From NCBI GenBank assembly GCA_049644685.1, contig JBARSJ010000131.1, forward strand, positions 307 to 64,306: a stretch of 64,000 bases of DNA. The letters run 5' to 3'. Below, one piece after another: positions 28,130-38,453 of the stretch. The notes below the pieces were generated by a model, which saw only the letters and a program-made list of their open reading frames with translations, was not told where the DNA came from and did not search any database. The position numbers and the translations under genes are program-made. Position 1 is the first letter of the stretch. Each line of letters begins with the position of its first letter. This DNA comes from Anaerolineales bacterium (GTDB lineage: Bacteria > Chloroflexota > Anaerolineae > Anaerolineales > UBA11858).

Positions 28130-28723
28130 TTATAAGGCGTTAATCAGGTCCTCATCAGACAAATCATCCAGTTCTTCCTCGTTATTCACATCGTCCATAT
28201 CGTCAACTTCTACCAACTCTTCCAATTCTTTTATTTCAGCCGACTGGACTGCCTCTTTGATTGAAATATCCTCCCTGCGTTTTCCTGGCTCTGGTGTGGC
28301 ACAGTAGGGACATAAACTCCAGGGAAGTTTCAGCAATCGATCACAGGCATGGCAATTCTTCATCAACTTGGTGTGGCAATTTGGACAGACGATCCAATCC
28401 TCAGCAGTGTGCCGTCCGCAGCCAGGACAGGCGGATCGCTCCTCAATAGCCTGCAGCAAGGCTTCTTCCTCGAGCATGTGCTGATATTCCTCTTCCATCG
28501 TTTGCGGCGGGCGCAAGATCAAATAAACCACAATCCCGGGCAAAAATAGCACAGCCACAACCAGGACTGCTAGGATTCTTACCAGGGGATCTTTGACCCG
28601 GGAACGGATATCCCGGTAGGTCCAGACCAGCAAACTGAGCCAGAATGAGGCAATAAAAGCTCCCCCCCAAGCAGCGGCAATCAATAAAAAATTATTTAGA
28701 GATGAAGGGTCAAATACCATCAA
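28130..28723 (-). CDS. Membrane protein with PLD-nuclease-N-like TM domain, double zinc ribbon and acidic tail
   Basis: 197 aa. Two TM helices (..WTYRDIR.R...P..R..A..), then CPGCG...CPNC...C..C...CPYC. Confidence 0.6.
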   Translation of the reverse strand: MMVFDPSSLNNFLLIAAAWGGAFIASFWLSLLVWTYRDIRSRVKDPLVRILAVLVVAVLFLPGIVVYLILRPPQTMEEEYQHMLEEEALLQAIEERSACPGCGRHTAEDWIVCPNCHTKLMKNCHACDRLLKLPWSLCPYCATPEPGKRREDISIKEAVQSAEIKELEELVEVDDMDDVNNEEELDDLSDEDLINAL

Positions 28724-28862
28724 AGAACTCCTCGCCCAAAATTATACCTTATTTAAGGATGGCTCATAGAGGGGAAGCATTCAGCAGTTGGAAATGACTC
28801 TTGCTCTTTCTAATTTTCTCCGGTATAAAAAAGGAAAGCGGGGTTAACAAAAGGAGGATGAA

Positions 28863-29570
28863 ATGGAGCGGGGAAAACCATCCTATCGAATCAAGGACCT
28901 GGACCACAGCGAACGACCAAGGGAAAGATTGGCAAATATGGGCGCTCAGGTGTTGAGCACAGCCGAGTTGTTGGCAATCTTGCTGCGGGTGGGCGTAGAA
29001 GGGGAAAATGCCATCCAGGTTGGCCAACGACTACTGCAGAATTTTAATGGCTTAGCTGGCCTGCAGCGGGCAACCTATTCTGAAATCTGCGCTCAACATG
29101 GTATCGGGGCCGCAAAAGCAGCTCAAATAAAAGCTGCCATTGACCTGGGAAGGCGTCTTTCTGCCCAAACTCCCGAAGACCGGCCAACCATTCACAGCCC
29201 GGAAGATGCGGCAGACCTGGTTCAGTACGAGATGAGCACATTAGAACAGGAACAGCTGCGGGTGATTCTGCTTAACACCAGAAATAATGTCCTGGCAATA
29301 AAGACTATTTACCAGGGATCTTTAAACTCCTCCCAGGTCAGGATAGGCGAATTATTTAGACCTGCTATCAGGGAGAATGCTGCAGCAATTATTGTCATTC
29401 ATAACCATCCCAGCGGTGATCCCTCCCCCAGCCCGGATGATGTGGCAATCACCAAGGCTATGGTAAAAGCCGGGAATCTATTGGATATCCAGGTACTCGA
29501 TCATCTAATTATTGGACAGGGACGATTTATTTCACTAAACAGAAGGGGATTGGGTTTTTCAGAAAATTAA
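28863..29570 (+). CDS. radC: RadC-like JAB-domain protein (UPF0758)
   Basis: 235 aa. Motifs ERPRERL...G...LS..ELLAILLR.G and HNHPSGDP.PS.DD...T. Confidence 0.9.
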   Translation: MERGKPSYRIKDLDHSERPRERLANMGAQVLSTAELLAILLRVGVEGENAIQVGQRLLQNFNGLAGLQRATYSEICAQHGIGAAKAAQIKAAIDLGRRLSAQTPEDRPTIHSPEDAADLVQYEMSTLEQEQLRVILLNTRNNVLAIKTIYQGSLNSSQVRIGELFRPAIRENAAAIIVIHNHPSGDPSPSPDDVAITKAMVKAGNLLDIQVLDHLIIGQGRFISLNRRGLGFSEN

Positions 29571-29860
29571 AGGGTTGATCGGACTGAAAAACCGTGGAAT
29601 TCGCCAGTATTTTCCAGCCAATGTTCTTTAACTTCGGTGACAACTGAGGATCTAGATCCTCTTTGTAAAGCGCGGAGCAGTTCGAATAACTTCTCTTTTT
29701 CCCCCTCGGCAACTATCTCAACAGACCCATCCCGGCGATTTCTCACCCAGCCTTTTAACCCGATATCACCGGCAGCTCCCATCACATAATAACGGAATCC
29801 AACCCCCTGTACCCGTCCGATTACCCGGGCATGCAGCCTTTGGTCCTGGGACTCATTCAT
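29567..29860 (-). CDS. acyP: Acylphosphatase
   Basis: Motif V.GRVQGVGFRY.....A...GL.GWVRN..DGSVE. The ATG at 29860 has GGGAGG upstream. It overlaps the stop of the upstream gene by 8 nt. Confidence 0.85.
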   Translation of the reverse strand: MNESQDQRLHARVIGRVQGVGFRYYVMGAAGDIGLKGWVRNRRDGSVEIVAEGEKEKLFELLRALQRGSRSSVVTEVKEHWLENTGEFHGFSVRSTL

Positions 29861-31055
29861 TGTCCTCCCATTCCTGTTCGATATTGCTGCCCTGGAATTT
29901 ATTAAAAATAAACACCCCAAGGGATATTAAGAGGATCAGAAGAAACCCGCTGAGGATATAAATATACATCAGGTATCTTCCCCTGGAAAACACATCCAGT
30001 TTCCAATCTTTTTCTAGCTCCTCCAATGTTGTTCCGAGAGCGACTTCCACACCCCGCTCGCAGCTGACCCCCTGATCGTAGGCGTATATCATCACCTGAA
30101 TCCCTGTCACACCGTATTCCCGTTGAATATAATCCAGCAGTGAATTCGATTGAGCATAGGAGAGAAGAGCCAGATCCGAATCAACAGGAAAGGCTATACA
30201 GAGGTGGGTAAACGGAATTAATCCCCTCTCCCCTTCCGCTTTTTCAAGAATCAAATCATAATCCGGACGGGAAAAGATTTCCATCTGGGAAGCAAGCCCT
30301 TCGTTAAACCAGGCGGGAAGATATTGATACTCATTTCCCATAAACCGGTAAAGCAAGATATGAGTAATTTCATGTGGGATTAACCGCTGAATTTCCAGGG
30401 ATTGATCTACTCCCGGAGGTAGGGACACAACAATTGAACCCAATCCGGGATCCGCATGTCCACCCACCCAGGTTTGACCACTGCTGGCCAGGGTGGACTG
30501 TAATTCTTCTTCACTGCTGTAGATAAAAATAACGATCGGTTGATTATCGGCGGGTTGTTGAAGCAGCTCCAAAACCTGATCCAATCCACTTACAGCAGCG
30601 TCCAGCACTTCCTGAGCCAAGGTGATTTCACCCTCGTACCAATAAATAATAAACGGTTCCTCAATCAGTTCCTGCCAATTATGGCGATTATCCAGATAGG
30701 TAAAGGAATAGCTAGGTGTTTCTACACTCTCTCCATTATCCAGGATAAGGCGGTAGGAATAGGTAATAGTTGAAAATGCCGGCAGCGGCCGCTGTTCCAA
30801 GTCATACACAAATTGGGCTTGACCAGGTGAGATGAATAAAACCTCACCGACAAATGTGGATATACCCGGAGCTTGCAGCACCAGCGTGATCTGGCTCACA
30901 GTCATTTCACTTTCAAGCTCAATCTGGAAGACCAGTTCTCCACCGAAAGTATACTCAACCCTTTCATCCAGCACCTCAACGCCGTCTTCTGCCTGGATAG
31001 AGAGCGGGGTAGTTATTATCAAGAGCAAGAACAAGAAAGTGAGAGTTTTTTTCAT
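29853..31055 (-). CDS. Peptidase-MA-like zinc metalloprotease, secreted, with C-terminal TM anchor
   Basis: 400 aa. Signal peptide, HEITHIL (HExxH) followed downstream by NEGLA, and a C-terminal hydrophobic helix. Confidence 0.65.
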   Translation of the reverse strand: MKKTLTFLFLLLIITTPLSIQAEDGVEVLDERVEYTFGGELVFQIELESEMTVSQITLVLQAPGISTFVGEVLFISPGQAQFVYDLEQRPLPAFSTITYSYRLILDNGESVETPSYSFTYLDNRHNWQELIEEPFIIYWYEGEITLAQEVLDAAVSGLDQVLELLQQPADNQPIVIFIYSSEEELQSTLASSGQTWVGGHADPGLGSIVVSLPPGVDQSLEIQRLIPHEITHILLYRFMGNEYQYLPAWFNEGLASQMEIFSRPDYDLILEKAEGERGLIPFTHLCIAFPVDSDLALLSYAQSNSLLDYIQREYGVTGIQVMIYAYDQGVSCERGVEVALGTTLEELEKDWKLDVFSRGRYLMYIYILSGFLLILLISLGVFIFNKFQGSNIEQEWEDNE

Positions 31056-31125
31056 GAATAAAGAGACAGGGTTTGCTTTGTTCGTCCGCAGGGACCTACA
31101 TTTATTATTAGGGATATGAGTTCAC

Positions 31126-32199
31126 TTACTCCAGCCAGAGATCATCATCTAATTCAAAATTATCCAGTTCAAAATCATCCTGATCATAATCATCCTGAGT
31201 GTAATCATAATCATCCAGAATATATTCTTCCTGGTCTGAGAAAGGCATATCAAACATAGACAAATTCACGCCCTCTTCCAAAAAATCGAGCCGTTCCAGG
31301 GCTTGCTGGATGAGCTCAACCTCATCCTCACTGACATCGCCATCGAGCAGCTGATGGATTGCCGGACCAGCGTCTTCTCCCCCGATTTGGGACAGAGCCC
31401 AGATTGAAGCCCCTCGGATTTCAGGTAGATCATCTAGCAGATCCAGGATAACCGGGACTGCATCTTCCAGGATTAATTCCCCACAGGCGCGGACGGCTTC
31501 CAGCCGGACTTTAGGAGATGTATTCTGAAGTTGGTCGAACACCATTTCACTATACTGGTGATCAAAAGACCGGCCCATGGCAAAAACTGCACTGGCGACC
31601 CATTCCTCGCTGGCGCTACCGTATGCCAAAAGAATATGATTTTTGACCTCAGGACGGGAAGAATAGCTAAGAGCTTCCAATGCCCGCTGTTGAACCTGGG
31701 AAGATTGATCGCTTTCCAGGATTTTCAGTAATTTATCCTCTATTTGGGTTTTTATTTCAGCGCTGATTTTATCCAGCTCACCCCGGTAAATATACTTCCC
31801 CAAAACAGCTGTGGTCACTGCCCGGACGTCATCACAACCCTTTTCTTCCAGAACGGATAAAAAGAAGGGGATAAGATCATCGGTATCAAATACTTCAATA
31901 GCCCGGGTAGAAAAGAAACGGACCTGATCATCCAAATCCTTGAGACCGATCCGAAAGATCGGTTCAAAAGTCAGCAGGTTATTGGTATCTGTCAGCTGTT
32001 CCAGGTCATCAATTAACGCTCTACGCCGCTCAATATTCACATTTTCCCAGATGCCTGCCAGTTGAGAAAGACTTTCCGGATTGAGATCCGATAATCGATA
32101 GAGAAGGAGAGGATCAAGAATCTGATCTTCATCGAGCAAGGCTGTCACGACCTCGTCAAAAGGGATATCTTCCAGGGGAGAAAAAAGCGGCTCTTCCAT
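31126..32199 (-). CDS. HEAT-repeat protein with strongly acidic C-terminus
   Basis: 357 aa. Repeated ..VR..A..ALG.. units (PBS-lyase HEAT-like). The tail is DDYDYTQDDYDQDDFELDNFELDDD. Confidence 0.6.
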   Translation of the reverse strand: MEEPLFSPLEDIPFDEVVTALLDEDQILDPLLLYRLSDLNPESLSQLAGIWENVNIERRRALIDDLEQLTDTNNLLTFEPIFRIGLKDLDDQVRFFSTRAIEVFDTDDLIPFFLSVLEEKGCDDVRAVTTAVLGKYIYRGELDKISAEIKTQIEDKLLKILESDQSSQVQQRALEALSYSSRPEVKNHILLAYGSASEEWVASAVFAMGRSFDHQYSEMVFDQLQNTSPKVRLEAVRACGELILEDAVPVILDLLDDLPEIRGASIWALSQIGGEDAGPAIHQLLDGDVSEDEVELIQQALERLDFLEEGVNLSMFDMPFSDQEEYILDDYDYTQDDYDQDDFELDNFELDDDLWLE

Positions 32200-33254
32200 T
32201 AGGGTAATTGTATAGGTGAAGTGAAATCTAGTATATTAAAGTAGATTAACAGCAGCACAACACTTATAAAACCTACCGCATTAACTACATTCTGAACTTT
32301 CTGGGAAATCCGTTTGCCGGTAATAAACTCAGGCAGGACAAATAAAATTCTGCCTCCATCAAGGGCGGGGATAGGCAGTAGATTTAATACACCCAGTGAG
32401 ACGGTGATCGACACCACAAATAACAGCACATTAATCGTTGAAGATGTTCCGGGCAATAGCTGCTGCTCCTTGGCTCCTTCGTAAATATCATACATACCTT
32501 TGTAACCAACCGGACGGCCGACTGCTTCCTCTGTGCCCCTGATCAGTTGTCCCGGCAATCTCATTACGGCGATGCTGTGTTGACCTGTTGCGGAAATACC
32601 CAGCGGCAGGGCTTGGTACCAGCTAATCTCCCTGACCGGGCTGGTCATAACGATCCCTATTGCGCCTTGATTTTCAGGAGGATTTTCTCTGGGTATCAGG
32701 GTAATCAGATCAATATTGCCATCGCGCTGGATTTCAATTTGAATTTCCTCCCCCAGATTGGCGTAAATTTCACCTCTCAGAGCTTCATAGCTGTCAGCCT
32801 CATTTTCGTTAATGCTGAGGATGTGATCTCCAGCTAAAAGACCAGCTTCCTCGGCAGGTGAGTTCTGGGCGACTTCCTGGACCTCGATAACACTCATATC
32901 GGGAACACCCAGCTGACTGAATATTACCGAATAGATCACCACCGCCGCCAGCAGATTCATTATTGGTCCTGCCAGGTACACACCTATCCGTACCAGCGGT
33001 TTTGAAGCAGCCAGACCACCTTCAATTTCCGGTTGGCTTTCACCCAGGGGTTTTACAAATCCACCCAGGGGGATCCAATTCAGGGTATATTCTGTGCCCC
33101 GGAATTCAAACAATTTGGTAATCCTGGGAGGAAAACCAATCCCAAACTCCTCAACCTTAACGCCAAAGATAAGGCAGGCTAAAAAATGTCCTACCTCGTG
33201 CAGGATTATCAGGGAAGCTAAGACACCAATAAACTGTAAAATGTTATTAATCAT
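32199..33254 (-). CDS. rseP: Site-2 protease, M50 family (RseP-like) with PDZ domain
   Basis: 351 aa. HEVGHFL in the first TM helix, a central PDZ (GD.ILS.N), and LNLLPIPALDGG. Confidence 0.85.
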   Translation of the reverse strand: MINNILQFIGVLASLIILHEVGHFLACLIFGVKVEEFGIGFPPRITKLFEFRGTEYTLNWIPLGGFVKPLGESQPEIEGGLAASKPLVRIGVYLAGPIMNLLAAVVIYSVIFSQLGVPDMSVIEVQEVAQNSPAEEAGLLAGDHILSINENEADSYEALRGEIYANLGEEIQIEIQRDGNIDLITLIPRENPPENQGAIGIVMTSPVREISWYQALPLGISATGQHSIAVMRLPGQLIRGTEEAVGRPVGYKGMYDIYEGAKEQQLLPGTSSTINVLLFVVSITVSLGVLNLLPIPALDGGRILFVLPEFITGKRISQKVQNVVNAVGFISVVLLLIYFNILDFTSPIQLP

Positions 33255-33332
33255 AATGTTTTCCGTTAAATCTTTACTACTGTTTATACTTCATATTGCT
33301 AATAAATTAGCTGCTTTTTGTAAGATATAAAA

Positions 33333-34325
33333 TTATACCCCAGGGAAATCCGGTTCGAGAAGACGGGCAGGACCGCCAGGGGTGCATTCTAATATGGATT
33401 TAACACCTGCCAAGGAACCCAATTCTCTCTTAACTTTTTCTGCCTCTTTACCCGGACAGATGAGATGAACATTGGGACCGGCATCAATTGTATAACAAAC
33501 CGGTAAACCATTCTTTCGCCAAATTTGCACCGCCCGGATTATTTCCAAAGTACCCGGCAACCAGTAATACAAGGGAGGATCTGAAGTCATCATCACCCCA
33601 TGCATCAGATTGCAGTCCTGTTCTACGATGTCAGCAAAGACTGGGAAATCTTTCTCCAGCAGGGCTTTCCGGCAGATTTCCAACCGCCGGTCTGCATCCT
33701 CCACCCTGGCTCCCTGGATAGGGGATTTATCAGCCATCGTGTGACCTAAAGAAGATCCAGTTTTCTTATGTTCCTCGCTGATAAGGACAATCAAATCTGT
33801 CAGATCCCAATGATCCGCACTGGCAATTGAATAAGCATAGGAAGAGTCATGATCTGTACCTGCTTGCCATTCCACAAAACCTTCTGGTATCGACCGGCTG
33901 GCGGAGCCGGACCCGGTTCTGGCTAGCTGGGAAAGTTCTCTCTCCGCCAAACTCAATCCGGCAGCGCTGCTGGCTGCACAGCTCAAGGCAGCGAAGGCGG
34001 AAGCGGAGGAGGCAATCCCGGCCCCGGCGGGAAAATTGTTTTCGCTTTCAACACTGGCAAAGGTGTTAAATTCGACCATATTCCTGATCCGATCCAACAT
34101 TATACTCACTCTCTGTAAGGCAGCCCCCTCCTCAGGAATCCCGTTCAAGATTAATTGGTCACCTGCTAAAGAGGGATCAAAACTGACCCTGGTGCGTGTT
34201 TCCAATTCTTTTAAATTCATTGAGAGGGAACCATTAGCCGGAATCCTTAAATCCTGGTCTCTATTCCCCCAGTATTTTATAAAGGCGATATTCGGATGAG
34301 CTGCTGCGGAAGCGGTTGAAATCAT
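33333..34325 (-). CDS. mvaD: Diphosphomevalonate / phosphomevalonate decarboxylase (GHMP kinase fold)
   Basis: 330 aa. Motifs AHPNIAFIKYWGNRD, AGIASSASAFAAL, and GSGSASRS. Confidence 0.8.
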   Translation of the reverse strand: MISTASAAAHPNIAFIKYWGNRDQDLRIPANGSLSMNLKELETRTRVSFDPSLAGDQLILNGIPEEGAALQRVSIMLDRIRNMVEFNTFASVESENNFPAGAGIASSASAFAALSCAASSAAGLSLAERELSQLARTGSGSASRSIPEGFVEWQAGTDHDSSYAYSIASADHWDLTDLIVLISEEHKKTGSSLGHTMADKSPIQGARVEDADRRLEICRKALLEKDFPVFADIVEQDCNLMHGVMMTSDPPLYYWLPGTLEIIRAVQIWRKNGLPVCYTIDAGPNVHLICPGKEAEKVKRELGSLAGVKSILECTPGGPARLLEPDFPGV

Positions 34326-34342
34326 ATAACTCTCTTTGAAAT

Positions 34343-35095
34343 TTACTCGGGGGGCAGGTAGAGGGTTGGAAATAAACAGCTTATATCGCCCTGCCAGGAC
34401 TGGTTAAACTCCAGCGGAGTAATGGAGTTGATCAGGATATGACCAGAGAAACCCTCCAGGAATCTCTGCAGCAGTTCGTTTTGTCCAGGCAAAGGCAGCT
34501 GACCACATAATTCCCGGATATAGCGGGCTTGATTTTCCTGGACCACTGCCCGGTTATCCACTCCGTAGGTCAGTCCGGCAACCGCGGCGGGGTCCAACTG
34601 GTAGGAATCTGGATTTGTTTCCTGAAGGATCAAGCCAATTTCCACTAAAGCTGCCTGATCAAGCAGCAAGATAAAATTCCAGGAAAGATTACGATCCCTG
34701 AGAATGGTTAGGAATTTTTCTGAGGGCTGGGTGGGTTCATCCAGCCAGAATGCTCCCCGCAGATTCAAATCCCGCTGGATACCGTCCTCTGCCTGGGAGG
34801 GAAAGAGCGGGAAAAACAACTTTATCTGCTGTGTATCACCGGAGCGGCTCAACCAGACACCCTGCAGGAGTGGGTCAGGTTTTGATAAATCATCCACATA
34901 AATCAAAAGGGTAAAGGGGTCCGCGGAAGCAGGTTCTTCTTGCTGTTCCTCTAACAGAACCGGTCTCCTGGTTTTTTGAGTTATCAGCGCTGGTCCCTCT
35001 CCATCGGAAAACAGGGTCTGGCTGGCCTTAATTCCCAGGAATAGGAACAAACCGAAAAACACAGTAAAAATGACCGGCATGACTTTTGATTTCAT
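34343..35095 (-). CDS. Membrane-anchored hypothetical protein
   Basis: N-terminal TM helix (MKSKVMPVIFTVFFGLFLFLGI). The start is uncertain (35095, 35080 or 35116). Confidence 0.5.
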   Translation of the reverse strand: MKSKVMPVIFTVFFGLFLFLGIKASQTLFSDGEGPALITQKTRRPVLLEEQQEEPASADPFTLLIYVDDLSKPDPLLQGVWLSRSGDTQQIKLFFPLFPSQAEDGIQRDLNLRGAFWLDEPTQPSEKFLTILRDRNLSWNFILLLDQAALVEIGLILQETNPDSYQLDPAAVAGLTYGVDNRAVVQENQARYIRELCGQLPLPGQNELLQRFLEGFSGHILINSITPLEFNQSWQGDISCLFPTLYLPPE

Positions 35096-35375
35096 AATCC
35101 TCACAAAAAGGAACAATCCGCCCGTCTGGGAGGACCTCTCCAGCAGGCATAATACATTTTCTGCTCTTTTTTTGTATCATACCACTTCCCAGAGTTTTAT
35201 CAGATTCCTGCTTGAGGTAAACCAGGGGAATAAGCGTGTTAATTCAACTATCCATCACCTTAGTTAAAACAAAAAATCGGGCTTGATATTCTGCCTGGGT
35301 CATAAGAGCCAGTGGAAAATCAGCCCGATCGTTTATTTAAAGATTCTTTAGATATGATTTATCTGAAATTACTGT

Positions 35376-35582
35376 TTATTTTACGACCACAGATAAAATG
35401 CCTAGAATGATCCCAAAAGGGAATCCCAAAAGAGACCAGGCCAGATAAGGAATGGCTTCATCCTTCTGCTCCCATATCTCCCGGAAGCGGGGCAGTAAAT
35501 CCCGCACAAATTCTGATTCATCCATCACCCGGATATGGAAATCCCACCAGCTATACTCAATTCTTTCTAAGACCGCTTTCAT
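35376..35582 (-). CDS. Small membrane protein, unknown function
   Basis: 68 aa. GGAGG 8 nt upstream and a C-terminal TM helix. Confidence 0.5.
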   Translation of the reverse strand: MKAVLERIEYSWWDFHIRVMDESEFVRDLLPRFREIWEQKDEAIPYLAWSLLGFPFGIILGILSVVVK

Positions 35583-35599
35583 ACCAATATCCTCCGGGT

Positions 35600-35827
35600 T
35601 TATTTTGAGGTAGATAATTTCTTAACCTTGCCCTTCTCATCCACAACCGCACGGACAATCCGGTTGATTTTTTTCCCTCCAGGACCTGCTATTTTTTTCT
35701 GGTAAACCAGCAGGGTATCAGATGATTTATCCCCTTCCCGGGGAGAAACTTTGGGTTTAACCCCTTTTAAATCGGGGTGTTTCCGGTAAACCTCCTGGGA
35801 GACTTTGTCAATCAACTTCGCTTTCAT
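35600..35827 (-). CDS. Small basic protein, unknown function
   Basis: 75 aa from the ATG at 35827 (GAGG upstream). Lys-rich. Lies immediately downstream of ftsZ. Confidence 0.45.
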   Translation of the reverse strand: MKAKLIDKVSQEVYRKHPDLKGVKPKVSPREGDKSSDTLLVYQKKIAGPGGKKINRIVRAVVDEKGKVKKLSTSK

Positions 35828-35847
35828 GATTACCTCACCCATTGTCC

Positions 35848-37035
35848 TTATTCACCATATGTGGAGTTAGCGTATGCTCTCCTGCGCATGAAAGCAGGCA
35901 CATCCAGCGGATCCCTGCCCATTTCAAAACGCTGGGGGGATTCCTCTTCCTCGTCTACAGCTTCTTTAACTATCTTCCTGGTGATCGGCTCAGGTATTAC
36001 TCTTTCCTCTCTGGAGAAGGAGGTGAAGACATCCTCAAATGTAGTAGCTCCCAAACCAGTGACGATCAGATTCACCTGGACCTTCCCCTGGAATCTCTCA
36101 TTCTGGGTTGCGCCAAATATCAACTCTGCATCAGGAGGAATTTGCTCCTGCAGATAATTCAGCGCCTGGCCAATATCCGACAACGTTAAATCCATTCCGG
36201 AAGTGAAATTGACAATTAATCCAGAGGCATTGACCAACGAAATATCTTCCAGCAGCGGGTGATAGAGAGCTTGTTTGACAGCGTTGACTGCTTTTTCTTC
36301 GCCTGAAGCCTGCCCAATACTCATCAGTGCACCCCCACCCAATTCCATCATACGCTGAATATGGGCAAAATCGACATTAATGATACCGGGTTCGGTAATC
36401 AGTTCGGTAATGCTCTGCACCGCCTGGCGCAGCACGTCATCTGCCAGATGGAATGCTTCTGACAGGGTGGCTTTCTCGGAGACCGTTTGCAGCAGCCTTT
36501 CATTGGGGATAGTGATCAGTGTATTAACATGCGGCTGAAGTTTTAATAAACCTTCAGCGGCATTCCTCTGGCGTCCGCCAACCTCAAAAGCAAAGGGTTT
36601 GGTGACCACCGCAATGGTGGCGATCCCCATATCTTTGGCGATCTGGGCTGCCACAGGAATGGATCCTGTCCCTGTACCACCACCCATACCAGCGGTCAGA
36701 AAGACCATATCCGCGCCTTCTAAAGCCAGAGCTAGATCACTTTTACTTTCCAGAGCGGCCTGTTCGCCAACCCGGGGATCTCCCCCGGCACCTAAACCGC
36801 GAGTTAACTTGGGTCCCAACTGCAGTTTAATGGAGGCCTGGCTGAAAGCCATAGCCTGCCGGTCAGTATTGGCAACAATAAATTCCACCCCGGATAAACC
36901 AAAATGAATCATGCGGTCAACCGCATTACTTCCTCCACCGCCAAGTCCCATCACTTTGATGACAGGGATATAAGGTGGGTCTTCCCAATCTTTTAATCGC
37001 TGATCATATACTTGCTCGTTAAACATAGTGATCAC
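35848..37035 (-). CDS. ftsZ: Cell division GTPase FtsZ
   Basis: 395 aa. Motifs GLGGGGSNAV, GGGTGTG, and NVDFA. Confidence 0.95.
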   Translation of the reverse strand: MITMFNEQVYDQRLKDWEDPPYIPVIKVMGLGGGGSNAVDRMIHFGLSGVEFIVANTDRQAMAFSQASIKLQLGPKLTRGLGAGGDPRVGEQAALESKSDLALALEGADMVFLTAGMGGGTGTGSIPVAAQIAKDMGIATIAVVTKPFAFEVGGRQRNAAEGLLKLQPHVNTLITIPNERLLQTVSEKATLSEAFHLADDVLRQAVQSITELITEPGIINVDFAHIQRMMELGGGALMSIGQASGEEKAVNAVKQALYHPLLEDISLVNASGLIVNFTSGMDLTLSDIGQALNYLQEQIPPDAELIFGATQNERFQGKVQVNLIVTGLGATTFEDVFTSFSREERVIPEPITRKIVKEAVDEEEESPQRFEMGRDPLDVPAFMRRRAYANSTYGE

Positions 37036-37088
37036 TCCTCTGACTCGAACCCGGGTTATCCCGGGAGGCCGCTGAATTCAGGTTTTAG

Positions 37089-38327
37089 TTATATCGCTGC
37101 TAACAATGATGCAATTTTTGTACCATCTCCATCAATTCTCCTCACCAGACAACCTTGATTTCGGAGCTGGGAGAGATCGTCTTCTGAAAAGTGTTCTTCT
37201 CCGCCCAAGACAGTGACCTGGTCAGCCTGCTCGGCTTCATCCAGTGAGAATCCGATTGTAGGTTGATGCCGTTTAATAAACCCCCGGGTGACATTCAGAT
37301 GCCAATCGGCAATCCCCCACTCAAAGGTCGGGAGCAGTAAATAATGGGAAAAACGGGACCTCTGAGGGGACTTTTCAACCGTTTTCGCTTCCCCCTTCAG
37401 AAAATGGTTCACGATAGGCTTAGGCGTGCCATCAGCTTGATACCAGCTGTGCTCCCCAGCACAGCAGCTTTCTTCCGCGGTCAGTACCCAGAATGCCCCG
37501 CCGATAACCTGTTCAGGAAGAGGGTCCAAACCGTCCACTTCCTGCCTGGAAATCAGTTTGGCGCCATCGAGCAAGAGTTGATTCAAATCTTGACCTTCCG
37601 GAGCCGGACCTCTAACGCCCAAAAGCAGCAGGGGTAATTTCTTTTCCAGGATTGCTTCTGATAAGGTTAAGTACCACTCGGCGATGCGGAATCCGCGCTG
37701 ATCTTCTGAGTTTTCAGGAGTGGAATAAGGCTGCGCTTCCGGCCAGCTTTCCGGTCCCCCACCTCCCCAGGACAAGGGTCTTTCATTTAAAGGGGCATTG
37801 GCGCTGAGTATCAAGCGGTCCAGCAACGGAGCTGACGCCCGGCGTTTAATCCCATCCAGGGAACCGCGGAGGAATATCGTGTCCCAGTAATCCCCTCCTG
37901 GTTCCAGGGGTGGAAATACCGGCACCAATCCTACCATCACGGCAGCTTCAGCCAGGGGAAGAAAGCCATCCAGGAAACGCTCGGTCAGATCTGACTGCGC
38001 CCAGGACTCGGATCCCCAACCTTCCTGCATATTGGGCCGGTCAAACAAAATGGCGTATTTAACACCCCATTTGTGGTAGGTTTCAAACAATAACATCATT
38101 TCTTCCACTGCGGGAAGCTTTTCAGAATTGAACTGAAAGTGAAGGACCGGGGTAATTTTCTCCCCTTTTAAAGTGGTGATAAAGTGTTCCGGGATAGCCC
38201 GACAGGCAGGCGCCGGCAGTACTACCCAGGATGCGCCCAGCGCTTTTATCCGGGGCAGCCAGAGATTAAGATCCTTCTCTGAATAATGATCGCTATCTAG
38301 CCGATAGTGAAAACCAACTTTTTCCAT
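37089..38327 (-). CDS. Hypothetical protein (possibly TIM-barrel glycosidase-like N-terminal half)
   Basis: 412-aa ORF directly upstream of ftsZ. I recognise no motif. Confidence 0.5.
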   Translation of the reverse strand: MEKVGFHYRLDSDHYSEKDLNLWLPRIKALGASWVVLPAPACRAIPEHFITTLKGEKITPVLHFQFNSEKLPAVEEMMLLFETYHKWGVKYAILFDRPNMQEGWGSESWAQSDLTERFLDGFLPLAEAAVMVGLVPVFPPLEPGGDYWDTIFLRGSLDGIKRRASAPLLDRLILSANAPLNERPLSWGGGGPESWPEAQPYSTPENSEDQRGFRIAEWYLTLSEAILEKKLPLLLLGVRGPAPEGQDLNQLLLDGAKLISRQEVDGLDPLPEQVIGGAFWVLTAEESCCAGEHSWYQADGTPKPIVNHFLKGEAKTVEKSPQRSRFSHYLLLPTFEWGIADWHLNVTRGFIKRHQPTIGFSLDEAEQADQVTVLGGEEHFSEDDLSQLRNQGCLVRRIDGDGTKIASLLAAI

Positions 38328-38453
38328 ATTATTTCTCTTTTTCCAGAATTATTTCAGGATACTCCCTAAAAGTGCAAGGTTTATGCCAGCAAAGGACTGG
38401 TTCAGGAGGACAGCCCAACCTGCGTCACGGGGAAAAAAGGTTCTGGTGCTATA

